Below are positions 10,901 to 19,799 of a stretch of 64,000 nt of DNA, piece after piece. The notes under the pieces were generated by a model. The model was given only the letters and a program-made list of their open reading frames with translations. It had not been told where the DNA came from and made no database searches. The translations under genes and the position numbers were made by a program. Every line of letters starts with the position of its first letter. Positions within the stretch are counted from its first letter, which is position 1. This DNA comes from Macrostomum hystrix (taxonomy: Eukaryota > Animalia > Platyhelminthes): positions 868,001 to 932,000 of the forward strand of contig CATNEN010000009.1 in assembly GCA_950097015.1 (NCBI GenBank), in the 5' to 3' direction.

Positions 10901-13900
10901 GGGATTAGTGGTGGGTAAAAGAAGGGATTAGTTGTGGTTAAAAGAAGGGATTAGTGGTGGTTGAAAGAAGGGATTAGTGGTGGTTGAAAGAAGGGATTAG
11001 TGGTGGTTGAAAGAAGGGATTAGTGGTGGTTGAAAGAAGGGATTAGTGGTGGGTAAAAGAAGGGATTTGTGGTGTTTAAAAGAAGGGATTAGTGTTGGGT
11101 AAAAGAAGGGATTAGTGGTGGGTAAAAGAAGGGATTAGTTGTGGTTAAAAGAAGGGATTAGTGGTGGTTGAAAGAAGGGATTAGTGGTGGGTAAAAGAAG
11201 GGATTTGTGGTGTTTAAAAGAAGGGATTAGTGTTGGGTAAAAGAAGGGATTAGTGGTGGGTAAAAGAAGGGATTAGTGGTGGTTGAAAGAAGGGATTAGT
11301 GGTGGTTGAAAGAAGGGATTAGTGGTGGTTGAAAGAAGGGATTAGTGGTGGTTGAAAGAAGGGATTAGTGGTGGTTGAAAGAAGGGATTAGTGGTGGTTG
11401 AAAGAAGGGATTAGTTGTGGTTGAAAGAAGGGATTAGTGGTGGTTGAAAGAAGGGATTTGTGGTGGTTGAAAGAAGGGATTAGTGGTGGTTGAAAGAAGG
11501 GATTAGTGGTGGTTGAAAGAAGGGATTTGTGGTGGTTGAAAGAAGGGATTAGTGGTGGTTGAAAGAAGGGATTTGTGGTGGTTGAAAGAAGGGATTAGTG
11601 GTGGTTGAAAGAAGGGATTAGTGGTGGTTGAAAGAAGGGATTAGTGGTGGTTGAAAGAAGGGATTAGTGATGGGAAAGAGAATGGATCTTTGGTGAGGAA
11701 TGGAAGGTATTATCAGGGAAGACAATTGACCAAGCAGTTTTCAGTCTATTATAACTAACTACTAGACCGAGCCTTATCATGTGCTGAGAAGGCACCCTGT
11801 CACGCACTCAACCAAGCAGGACAGGAGCTCAACACAGCTGAATGGGTCCATCGTGGACCACCAGAAGCTGGACGCCAAGTTTTTTAATGTCTACAAAACT
11901 AATAAAACGGCTGGTAGGGTCGAGGGTTCGAGCGCTTCGTATGGAAGCATCAGCGAAGCAGACAGGGTGATGGAGAGGGTCAGCCTCACCGCTCTAACTG
12001 TGCTGGCTGTCATGAACAACAAACTTCCTGCCGAAGTGAATAAAAGGTCAGTCTTGCAACTCTATACTCAGCTTCCTAAGTCCCTGCCACGGTAACAGTC
12101 AGGGAAAATTACTCCATAAAGTTTACTTGCTTAAGTCATGCATAAGGCGAAGGCGAGGGTTTGAGGCTAAGGGCGAGGGGCTGAGGATTGACGGTTTGAG
12201 GGGGTGAGGCTTGAGGGATTGAGGGGTTGAAGGGTTGAGGCCAGGGTGAGGGGTTGAAGGATTCAGGCCAGGGTGAGGGGTTGAGGGGTTGAGGCCAGGG
12301 TGGGGAGTTGAGGCCAGGGTGAGGGGTTGAAGGTTTGAGGGGGTGAGGGGTTGAGGGGTTGAGAGATTGAGGCCAGGGTGTGGGGTTGAGGCCGGGGTGA
12401 GGGGCTGAGGGGTTGAGGGGTTAAGGCCAGGGTGATGGGTTTAGGGGTTGAGGCCAGGGTGATGGGTTTAGGGGTTGAGGCCAGGGTGATGGGTTTAGGG
12501 GTTGAGGCCAGGGTGATGGGTTTAGGGGTTGAGGCCAGGGTGAGGAGTAAAGGGATTGAGGGGTTGAGGGGTTAAGGGGTTGAGGGGTTAAGGGGTTGAG
12601 GGGTTAATGGGTTGAGGGGTTAATGGGTTAAGGGGTTGAGGGGTTAAGGGGGTGAGGGATTGATGTCGAGGTGAGGGGTTGAGGCCAAGTGTAAAGTACG
12701 AAGTCTGGGCGAGAGCAGTTTAGTGTTGTGCGAAAAAAATACGTGGGGCTCCAGGCGGCCATGCGCCGGTCCTTTAGATCAACCTGGTGGGGTGTAGCTA
12801 TCGATAGGCTGCAGCACTGCATCCGCAGATGTACATATCGAAGGAAGTTCTTTGATCCAATGATGAGCCAATCAGCGCAGCCCTAGGCATAGCTTCTAAT
12901 CGCAATCCAATCAAAGTGAGCAAGTTAGATTAGAACATTACACTAGGGCGAAGGGTTGAGGTCAAGGGTGAGAGGTTGAGGAGGTGAGGGGTTGTGGAGG
13001 TGAGGGGTTAGGGAGGTGAGGGGTTGAGGAGGTGAGGGGTTGAGGAGGTGAGGGGTTGACAAGGTGAGGGGTTGAGAAGGTGAGGGGTTGAGTAGGTGAG
13101 GGGTTGAGAAGGTGAGGGGTTGAGGAGGTGAGGGGTTGACAAGGTGAGGGGTTGAGAAGGTGAGGGGTTGAGTAGGTGAGGGGTTGAGAAGGTGAGGGGT
13201 TGAAAAGGTGAGGGGTTGAGGAGGTGAGGGGTTGAGGAGGTGAGGGGTTGAAAAGGTGAGGGGTTGAGGAGGTGAGGGGTTGAGGAGGTGAGGGGTTGAA
13301 AAGGTGAGGGGTTGAGGAGGTGAGGGGTTGAGAAGGTGAGGGGTTGAGGATGTGAGAGGTTGAGGAGGTGAGGGGTTGAGGCCACAGACAGCAGCAGATT
13401 CTAGTCATGTGTCACCCGCAGAGGCGCAGTCATCGGCCAATCGGCTCTGGACTTCCTTAGCCGACAGTCACCGGAGCTGCTGGCCGACGCGAACCCGCTG
13501 GGCCTGTGCGCAGCCGCTTACGCCCTGGCGCTCCACTTGCCAGACAAAGCCATCGCCAGGCGCTTCGTTCAGGCGCTGGAGGGCAGCGCGCTGCGTGACG
13601 GAAGCGGCCGCATCTATTGGGCGAATCGGGCGCTGATGGCGCAGCCGGATCGCCAGATGGACACGGCCGGCCGCCTGCTGCTGACGCACCGGAGACGGGG
13701 AGGCAACGACGGCTACGCAGTGCTGGTGAGTTGGGAACTGGGCTATTCGGCCAAATGCGCTGAGTCCTTCATGAGCACACACACAGGGTGTGTATATCTG
13801 CCCTGACTTTCCCATTGTCAGGCAGTGTACGGAAGGGAGGCAGGCGGCACTGTGCTTGCGAGTGGCAAACTCTTCAACCGTTCAGCATCTCAGCTCCATC

Positions 13901-15723
13901 AGAAAATGATGGTACACAGCACAGAACTCTGCCAGTCTAGCAGCCCATCGATCCCAAATCCAGGCCACCGCCTTCGCCGTCCTCGCCCGCCTCGCCCTGG
14001 ACAGCCCGGCGACTGTCGAGCCTGGCATCCTGGCCTTCCTGACGGAGACCCGCGACTCCTTTAACGGCTGGGTGTCCACCATCGACTCCGCCTTCGCGCT
14101 TCGGGCTCTGAGCCAGCTGTCAGTCATGGACCCGAACCGCAGGGTGTACAGCCTGGCCCTGAGGCTCAGCTCCTCGGCAATGTCCGGTGCAGCATCGCAC
14201 GCCATGAATTTCCCTGAGACCAGCTTCTCACTCCCGCAGCGGCTTCAGCTGCGCTCTAACCAGGTGTGGGGCGAGCTGGAGGCTCAGGTATCCGGCAGCG
14301 GGCGCCTGCTGCTGCAGCTGGCGGTCAGCAAGAATGTGGACCACGCCTTCCAGCTCAGGAACCCGGAGCCCGGCACCGCCTTCTCACTCACCTGTACGCC
14401 AAGCTTTGCTGGCAGAAATGGCAGCATCTTCACAATGACTGCTTGCACGCGGTAGGGCAGATCCTTGTGACTGATTATCAACTCAAACTCCGCAACTGCT
14501 CATGCTTAAACTCCCCGCCCTCTCGACCCCGCCAGCTGGCTCATGACCAGCCGCTCGGAGTTCAGCGGGCTGACCATGCTGAGCTTCGAACTGCCATCCG
14601 GCTTCGACGCGACCAGCGGACCTGGGCTGCGGACCATTGCGCAGAGCGGCCGCATGCACCCCCAGCTGCGTACTGCCTGGATCAAAGGACCCAACGTGAA
14701 CTTGGTGTTTAGCCGGGTGAGGATCCCACTCCTGAGGTTTCAAATTTTAGGGGTCCTGAAGTTTTAAGGCTCTAAGATTTTTAGGGATCTTGAATTTTCA
14801 AGGCTCCTTAAGTTTCAGGGCTCTTGAAGTTTCAGGGCTCTTGAAGTTTCAGGGCTCATGAAGTTTCAGGGCTCATGAAGTTTCAGGGCTCTTGAAGTTT
14901 CAGGGCTCATGAAGTTTCAGGACTCCTGAAGCTTGAACTTCCTGAGGTCAGAGATCGAACGCAAGAGAATTAAAGATTGTATGCAGTTCAAATTCATTAA
15001 AAGTCACCTTGATCTCACAGATTGCATCATCCGAGGACACCTGCGTCAGTCTGACATTCAACCGCTGGTATTCTGTGGCCAACGTTAGCTACATTCAAGC
15101 CTGCTCCGTGTTTGAGTACTTTGAGACCTGTGAGTGGGATATCATAATAAACTCAGGAATTTACTTTTTTAGCAATCATGTTCATTATAATTAACTTTTC
15201 GAATCACAAATTAGACTAAGCAATATCTACTCAACCCAACCCTGTTCTGGGCCAGCCCTATTCAAAACCCAACTAAACTCAGTTCTACTCAACTCTCAAC
15301 TCAACCCTCAACTCAAATCTCCTCGCTCAACCCTACTCAACTCTATTCTACTGAACTCAACCCTACTCAACTTAACCCTCAACTCAACTCTCCTCGCTCA
15401 AACCTACTCAACTCTATTCTACTCTACTCAACCCTACTCAACTCAACCCTACTCACCTCAAGGCTCAAGCCTTACTCTACTGTACTCAATCGACCCCACC
15501 CGCAGACAACCGCAACAACTCGGCGTACCTCACTTACAGTCTGCACAGCGCCAGCATCTGTCACGTGTGCGGCTCCCACGAGTGTCCCTACTGCCCGGAC
15601 TACAACAGCGCCAGCAGGACAGGCGCTGAAGCCAGAATCTTGCTGACTGCCGCGGTGTGTGCCATCGCCCTTTGCGTCCTTGGAATCTTCGCGCCCAGCT
15701 CTTCATCAGCTGGTCGAAGCTAG
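1955..15723 (+). CDS. Mcr: Macroglobulin complement-related (Mcr/TEP6-like) alpha-2-macroglobulin family protein, ~1683 aa, 18 exons: 1955-2091, 3112-3361, 3458-4066, 4224-4457, 5072-5567, 5904-6286, 6668-6854, 6946-7129, 7656-7896, 9008-9241, 9489-9862, 10178-10391, 11838-12046, 13422-13725, 13964-14451, 14536-14716, 15021-15129, 15506-15723
   Basis: The exons join in consistent phase to 5052 nt. Signal-like HILLPFLICWSLSFASVA; MG1 FLVLAPSSLQPGQ; MG2 IQLSSPVYS..LRFRV..VVDPNGVVVRRW; YDDTWFW; PGVTNRYHTSLLLDL; YVPGS..VGDIAGP; thioester-position LPDGTAES; GWVSTIDS; SGLTMLSFELPSGF; CVSLTFNRWYSVAN; C-terminal ICHVCGSHECPYCPDYNSA plus a hydrophobic tail typical of Mcr. The 9862/10178 junction is the least certain. 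Confidence 0.88.
2322..2621 (-). mobile_element. tRNA-derived SINE, family A, copy 1
   Basis: The minus strand begins GGGGGTTGTAACCTAGTAGTTAGAG (A box) ... GGAGTTCGATTCC (B box), then the shared body TTCAGTTCACCCAGC...CAGTCCATGGACTGAAC...GCGGCTGTGCT. Homologous to copies at 4490, 49108 and 51810. Confidence 0.85.
4490..5012 (+). mobile_element. tRNA-derived SINE, family A, copy 2, interrupted by a family B SINE
   Basis: GGGCCTGTAGCCTAGTGGTTAAAGCG...GGGTTCGATTC head; the body resumes at ~4806 (TGTCCTTTAGCAAGA...CAGTTTACCCAGCTGTTAAATGGG). Confidence 0.85.
4571..4805 (-). mobile_element. SINE family B (ATT-tailed), 5'-truncated copy nested in a family A SINE
   Basis: (ATT)n tail on the minus strand; flanked by an ~11-bp duplication ATTGGAACA(A/T)T at 4560-4570 and 4806-4816; homologous to 25676-25925 and 59060-59400. 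Confidence 0.8.
5569..5848 (+). repeat. (GGGAT)n pentanucleotide microsatellite in Mcr intron 5
   Basis: Direct read; starts at the splice donor GTGGGATGGG. Confidence 0.97.
6272..6620 (+). repeat. 20-bp minisatellite GTGAGTTGCTATGGGAGAGC (tandem copies of exon end + donor)
   Basis: About 12 consecutive copies plus degenerate ones; the unit matches the exon 6 end TTGCTATGGGAGAGC|GTGAG. Confidence 0.95.
7145..7605 (+). repeat. G-rich ~23-bp minisatellite (GGGATGGAAGCTAGTGCTGGGGT-like) in Mcr intron 8
   Basis: Direct read. Confidence 0.9.
7897..8945 (+). repeat. 17-bp minisatellite GTACTGGATGGTAGGAG with GCAGCAG and GTGCTGG variants, Mcr intron 9
   Basis: Direct read; about 60 units. Confidence 0.95.
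9342..9485 (+). repeat. 17-bp minisatellite CCAGCTCATCTATTTAC abutting the acceptor of Mcr exon 11
   Basis: Direct read. Confidence 0.9.
10410..11680 (+). repeat. 23-bp minisatellite GAAGGGATTAGTGGTGGTTGAAA in Mcr intron 12
   Basis: Direct read. Confidence 0.95.
12150..13385 (+). repeat. G-rich GAGGGGTT-based satellite in Mcr intron 13, split by a unique insertion
   Basis: Direct read. Confidence 0.9.
12688..12944. mobile_element. Probable small non-autonomous insertion (MITE or solo-LTR-like)
   Basis: Unique 257 bp inside a satellite, bounded by the inverted termini AGTGTAA...TTACACT; three CCAAT motifs; no clear TSD. Confidence 0.4.
13770..13860 (-). mobile_element. Fragment of SINE family B in Mcr intron 14
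   Basis: ACAGGGTGTGTATATCTGCCCTGACTTTCCCATTGTCAGGCAGTGTAC matches the hairpin region of the other copies. Confidence 0.65.
14790..14935 (+). repeat. 20-bp minisatellite (TGAAGTTTCAGGGCTC-based) in Mcr intron 16
   Basis: Direct read. Confidence 0.85.
15225..15490 (+). repeat. C/A-rich CTCAACCCTACTCAACT-type degenerate repeat in Mcr intron 17
   Basis: Direct read. Confidence 0.8.
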
Positions 15724-15804
15724 CTGAATATCGAAATTTGGACTGTCGTTGACATTCTTTACTTTGCTTTGTGATTAATTTTTGCTGAATTGAATTGAGA
15801 CACT

Positions 15805-15810
15805 AATAAA
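15805..15810 (+). promoter_or_regulatory. Likely polyadenylation signal of the Mcr-like gene
   Basis: AATAAA ~80 nt after the stop codon at 15723. Confidence 0.6.
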
Positions 15811-15878
15811 ACTTTCAACACAGTTCGTGACATGATACTACTGTGGAATCACTGATTTCAGTAGTATCACGGGGTTAC

Positions 15879-16470
15879 CTGTCCCCATCTCTCATTCTCT
15901 GTCCCCATCTCTCATTCTCTGTCCCCATCTCTCATTCTCTGTCCCCATCTCTCATTCTCTGTCCCTATCTCTCATTCTCTGTCCCCATCTCTCATTCTCT
16001 GTCCCCATCTCTTATTCTCTGTCCCCATCTCTCATTCTCTGTCCCCATCTCTCATTCTCTGTCCCCATCTCTCATTCTCTGTCCCCATCTCTTATTCTCT
16101 GTCCCCATCTCTCATTCTCTGTCCCCATCTCTCATTCTCTGTCCCCATCTCTCATTCTCTGTCCCCAGCTCCATTGTCTGTCCCTATCTCTCATTGTCTG
16201 TCCCTATCTCTCATTCTCTGTCCCTATCTCTCATTCTCTGTCCCCATCTCTCATTCTCTGTCCCTGTCTCTCATTCTCTGTCCCCATCTCTTATTCTCTG
16301 TCCCCATCTCTCATTCTCTGTCCCCATCTCTCATTCTCTGTCCCCATCTCTCATTCTCTGTCCCAAATCTCTCATTCTCTGTCCCCATCTCTCATTCTCT
16401 GTCCCCATCTCCATTGTCTGTCCCTATCTCTCCCTCAATTTCCCTATCTCTCACCCTGTCTCCCTATCTG
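15879..16470 (+). repeat. 20-bp pyrimidine minisatellite CTGTCCCCATCTCTCATTCT
   Basis: Direct read; explains ORFs 15843..16709 and 16174..16617. Confidence 0.95.
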
Positions 16471-17039
16471 TCCCAAAATCCCTCCCTCTCATTCTGCCCC
16501 AGTCTCCCTGGTGGCTTCATCCATTTCCATTGGCTCGCAGGCCAGGCGCAAAGGCTGCAAGTTCGCTCTCGCCTCTCGCTCGCACGCACAGTGGCGCAGA
16601 TAAGCGCGATGGGGTAACCCCCGCTGGTTGCCATGGCGACCGTTTCCGAGTCGCAGCCGCCCAGGCTCTAACTAGCAGCTCTCTTCCCGTCTGCGCTGCT
16701 TTTGTGTAAAGAAAAGCATTCAAGCGCGCACAGTTTACACTAAATGCGGCCTGTTAGTTGGCAGTGCAGAGGCCGTAGCTACGAGTAAATGGCCTTGTAG
16801 CAGTGAGTGCACACTCCAGCAGCACCCTCTGTCTCCGAAGGCCCCTAAACTGTTTTCATTATCTTCTCCTTCGGTTTGTTGTGCCTGCACTGTATCACAT
16901 TTCTCCTGATGCAACTCGCGGCACAACAGTTACCAACCACAGCTCACTCGGCGTGATCACTCTGAGCACAGGTGAGATCTGAAAATAGCGAGAACTATGG
17001 CTGGAAGTTTGGGATTGCTTAAGTAGATAAAGTCGACAG

Positions 17040-18035
17040 AACAGAAATACAGGCCGACAGAAGGGGAAGCCAGGCCGACAAAAAAGACTAACAGAGAGAC
17101 AGAATGCACTGACAGAGAGGCAAAACACACTGACAGAGAGACAGAACACACTGACAGACAGGGAGAACGCACTGACAGAGAGACAGAACACACTGACAGA
17201 CAGACAGAACACACTGACAGACAGACAGAACGCACTGACAGACAGACAGAACACACTGACAGACAGACAGAACGCACTGACAGACAGACAGAACGCACTG
17301 ACAGACAGACAGAACACACTGACAGACAGACAGAATGCACTGACAGAGAGACAGAACACACTGACAGACAGACAGAACGCACTGACAGACAGACAGAACG
17401 CACTGACAGACAGACAGAATGCACTGACAGACAGACAGAACGCACTGACAGACAGACAGAACGCACTGACAGACAGACAGAACGCACTGACAGATAGACA
17501 GAACGCACTGACAGACAGACAGAAAGCACTGACAGAGAGACAGAACACACTGACAGACAGACAGAACACACTGACAGACAGACAGAATGCACTGACAGAG
17601 AGACAGAACACACTGACAGACAGACAGAACGCACTGACAGACAGACAGAACACACTAACAAACAGGGAGAACACACTGATATACAGGCAGAACGCACTGA
17701 TAGACAGGTAGAACACAGACAGATAGAACACAGACAGGTAGAACACAGACAGGTAGAACACAGACAGGTAGAACACAGACAGGTAGAACACAGACAGGTA
17801 GAACACAGATAGGTAGAACACAGACAGGTAGAACACAGATAGGTAGAACACAGACAGGTAGAACAAGAGACAGAACGCACTAACAGACAGACAGAACGCA
17901 CTAACAGACAGTGAGAACGCACTAACAGACAGACAGAACGCACTAACAGACAGACAGAACGCACTAACAGACAGACAGAACGCACTGATAGACAGGGAGA
18001 ACGTCTGACAGAGAGACAGGATGCTCTGACAGAAC
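17040..18035 (+). repeat. ACAG-based 21-bp minisatellite (ACAGACAGACAGAACGCACTG), probably in a 5'UTR intron of the profilin gene
   Basis: Direct read; candidate donor CAG|GTGAGA at 16972 and acceptor TTTGATGCAG| at 18070. Confidence 0.9.
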
Positions 18036-18117
18036 GCAGGAACTCTAGAGAGGCGTTGACTTTGATGCAGTGAGCAGAGGCGGGCCTTACAATCGCAAAC
18101 CCGGACCTCCAGCAACG

Positions 18118-18747
18118 ATGGACGTGGACCAGTTCCTCCTGAACCGGATACGCGTGGCGGAGGCGGCTGCAGCCGGAGGCGCCGCTGCGGTGGCGATGGC
18201 GGAGGAGCGGCGCCGGCAGATGCCCTACTGGCGCTGCGACGTGCCCTCGCTGGCGGAGCGAGCGCGCACTCCGGTCGGCCTGTGGAACTGGCGAGACTAC
18301 TTGACCACGATCCTCATCGGGCCGGGCCTCTGCTGTGCCGGCGCCATTGTGGAGCTCTCCGACCTGCGACTGCTGGCCTGCCTCGGCGCTGACCCGGAAC
18401 CGGCCAAGTGGGAGCTCGAGGAGCTGCTGAGCGGCATCCGGCGACGCGGTATCCGGCCGCGGCCCGTCACCCTCTGCGGCTGCGAGTGGCGCGTGGACTT
18501 GGCCGACGGTCACACAGGGGTAAGAGAAGGTCTTCTAGTCAGGTGATTGTTTCAAGGATTCGAAGCAATCCTCCTCCGTCCGCAGATCAAGTGCAGCGGC
18601 GGAGAGCTCGGCCGTCCGGAGGGTCTGACGGCTGCGCGCAGCCGGAGCAAGCTCATCATCGGTTGGCACAGCGCCAGCCAGGACGCCGCCCTCTGCAACC
18701 TGGCGGTCTGCAACCTGGCCGACTTCTTCTCCGAGAAGGACTTTTAA
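18118..18747 (+). CDS. Profilin-like protein with N-terminal extension, ~187 aa; exons 18118-18519 and 18586-18747
   Basis: GT-AG intron 18520-18585 in phase 0. NWRDYLTTILIGPG..AGAIV, VTLCGCEWRV and KLIIGWH...CNLAVCNLADFFSEKDF match the profilin pattern (SWQxY.., ..IIG.Y....N..V..LADYL...GY). Confidence 0.72.
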
Positions 18748-19799
18748 AATGATCCGGAGTTTCCCTGTCTCTAAAGTACTTCCGCCTTTTCAGAGCTTTC
18801 CTTCGACATTATTTAGAAATATACTCATTGTACTGCCCAGTGAATGTTATTCTACTGTCTCGGCCTCCAGTTCCATCACTAATCCCAACTTGAGTACAAG
18901 TCCCGGTCTGGTACCGGAATTAGAGGACTGAACAAGCTGTACTGTGCCACTGGCTGTATGTACACTTAGGCCGAGGTGTAATTTTAATGTCTATCAAATT
19001 AATAAAAATCGAACTAATATTATTAGTATTACTAATTATTAACAATAAGATGCATACTCCCTGACCCTGAAGACATGGACAGATTTTCCTATCTTCAATT
19101 CAACTATAGACAGTAAGGGGGGCATCGTTGTTTTTCTAATCGAGCTCAACCGGAATTGAGCTCTGTAGAGGATGAGATAGCGAGCCGATAACCCCAATCG
19201 GACCCGCCAAGCTCTCCCCAAACAAAAGCCCGATACAGAGAGAAAGCGGGTGGATGACTCGCCTGTCTTTTCCATATGAATAGGGAGCATTCCAGGCTTC
19301 TCCCCACCCAGCCAGGGTAAGAGGCATTGAAAATGTAGAAAACGAGGGGCTGCGAGGGACGGCCCCCTTCAGAATAGCTAGACAAACCGAGGAGAGGCGA
19401 GTGAGTCAGGACATCCGATTACCCTTAAGACTCGTAAATAAGCCTGGGCTGCCTCTGGCGCGAGGGGCTGAGGTGGCGGCGGCGGGTGGTCGGAGGGATA
19501 GAAAGGGCCCAGGGTCATTCCAGGACTAAGTCATCCTTTGGCCCAATGTACATCCGTGGGTTAGAGGGGCGTAAAAAGCGCCACCCCATCCGCCGGGGCC
19601 CGCCCCCCAGACAAGAGTGATTCACTCCAGCCTGCAATATTAAGCTGAGATTTCCAGTGAGTGGCGGCGTCACCCCCGGTGCGGACACTGAGAGGACCCT
19701 AGACGAGACGCAGGCCCCTTAGCCTGGCTGCATTGCTTTGTTTAAATTGCTGTTTTTGAGCAGTTGAGCAGTGTTCAGATCTATTTGGAAAACAATTCG

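Noticed and set aside
12150-13385. Interstitial telomeric repeat
   Set aside because: Units are GAGGGGTT-type with only sporadic TTAGGG; not a telomere array.
15843-18513. Long ORFs 15843..16709, 16895..18115 and 16957..18513
   Set aside because: They are read-throughs of minisatellites or antisense to the profilin exon.
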